NCBI GenBank assembly: GCA_977020255.1
Contig: CDROCS010000572.1
Location: 186,001-250,000, forward strand
Reading direction: 5' to 3'
Source of the DNA: Obrimoposthia wandeli
Lineage: Eukaryota
DNA: 64,000 bases
Shown: in pieces, positions 63,005 through 64,000 of the stretch
How positions within the stretch are numbered: position 1 is the stretch's first letter
Layout of the letters: every line of letters starts with the position of its first letter
Program-made: the position numbers and the translations under genes
Notes under the pieces: generated by a model
Database searches by the model: none
Seen by the model: only the letters and a program-made list of their open reading frames with translations
Told to the model about the DNA's origin: nothing

Positions 63005-63990
63005 CTAATTTTTATAAATTATATTCTTAAACATGTTTACGAAGTCATCATTGGGATCATCCGGATCGAAATCCCTCCGACTAAGTATTATTGGAGAAAG
63101 CGGTACTGGCTCCTTCTTCTTTGGACGTCCCAGTTTTTTTTCGGCTTCACCGGTTGTTGTACAGTTGCAATAGTTGCCGCAACTTTTTGGGAGGAGGTGC
63201 AGCCGATGTTGAGGGCCCTGACATAGAAGTCCTCTTCCGTGGGGCTTTCTTCTGTTTCTCCTCCTTCTCAGGCTGAAGCTGGAGTGAGACGGCATCCTGT
63301 TGCCCTTGCAAATCTGGAAGCATTACCGGTGTATCTAGTTCCGCCAGGAATTCATCCAATCCAGCTTCATCCCCGGCCCTCTTCAAGTTCTGGCTGGTTG
63401 TTTGAGATGCAGTATCCCAAGCCCTGGCCAAATTTGATGTCTCCTGTAGGTGTCGTTGACTTGATGGCGGACTAATCTCGATCGGTGAGACTGGGAACCT
63501 CTCGTATAGAATTGGTCCGTCGTCCACTGGAGATGGAAGAAACTCTTGTCGTCCAATCACTGCCTCAGAATAATGGCCAATTGAGGTGCCACATTTTCTC
63601 GAGCTTCTTCACCTCTGCTCGCTTCGTCCGTTTCTTGGGAAAAGGAGTAACTTCTCCACAAGTCTCCTCAATTATCTGGACGGGTTCCTGCAAAATATTA
63701 ATAAAATTTAAACATATAAATAATTTACCTCAATGACGGGCAGGTTAGCCTGTTTCACCAACTTGGCCTTCTTCCGAGTGTGGGTTTTGACCCGATGGCG
63801 TTGCAGTTTCTTAACTGCCGCTTGCTTCCTATCCACCGGTTGAATAGGTGTCGCCTCTTCGAGAATGTTCTCCATCTATGTGAATTATTAAATTTAATAT
63901 CTAAATAATTTACCTTAAAATTATCTGGAGACGCTAGGTATCGGAGCTGACTCCTTGGCAGCTCCTGGCTGCATTGACTCGCCAAGTACT
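63005..63990 (-). pseudogene. Copy C ORF1 homologue (introns 63876-63913 and 63688-63728), start beyond window
   Basis: QEFLPSPVDDGPILYERFPVSPIEISPP...GLDEFLAELDTP...GRPKKKEP matches copy B ORF1. Confidence 0.7.
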
Positions 63991-64000
63991 GCGGTGCAAT

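Larger units (their letters stand above)
52790..64000 (-). mobile_element. Polinton/adintovirus-like copy C (most complete; left end beyond window, right terminus missing)
   Basis: pPolB, chromodomain integrase, packaging ATPase, putative penton and pX-like ORF; arms homologous to copies A and B. Homology to the copy B right arm stops at about 52790. Confidence 0.93.

Noticed and set aside
1-64000. Host species assignment
   Set aside because: AT-richness, short introns and a clade B collagen point only to an invertebrate-like animal; nothing diagnostic is visible without a database search.

Overview
AT-rich animal genomic DNA with two parts. (1) 61-39302, minus strand: a clade B fibrillar collagen gene (COL5/COL11-like). 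It has a signal peptide, a TSPN/LamG N-propeptide, a minor helix, and 296 uninterrupted Gly-X-Y triplets in 11 phase-0 exons; the rest of the helix and the C-propeptide lie left of the window. Its introns hold transposon relics (mariner, pogo/Tigger, Tc1, hAT MITEs, LINE RT, a Chapaev-like DDE fragment) and a double fold-back inverted repeat. (2) About 40700-64000: a nested cluster of four pieces of one Polinton/Maverick (adintovirus-like) family. Copy A is degenerate, copy B is a 5.1-kb internally deleted unit with both AGTAGG termini, D is a separate pPolB fragment, and copy C is the most complete (minus orientation, running out of the window). Copy C carries pPolB, a chromodomain integrase, a packaging ATPase, a putative penton and a pX-like ORF. 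The most notable cargo is an intron-containing TATA-binding-protein-like gene that shares a bidirectional CCAAT/TATA promoter with two paralogous, possibly SSB-like genes. Several element genes have very short GT-AG introns. No databases could be searched; family calls rest on recognisable motifs and internal cross-comparison of copies.
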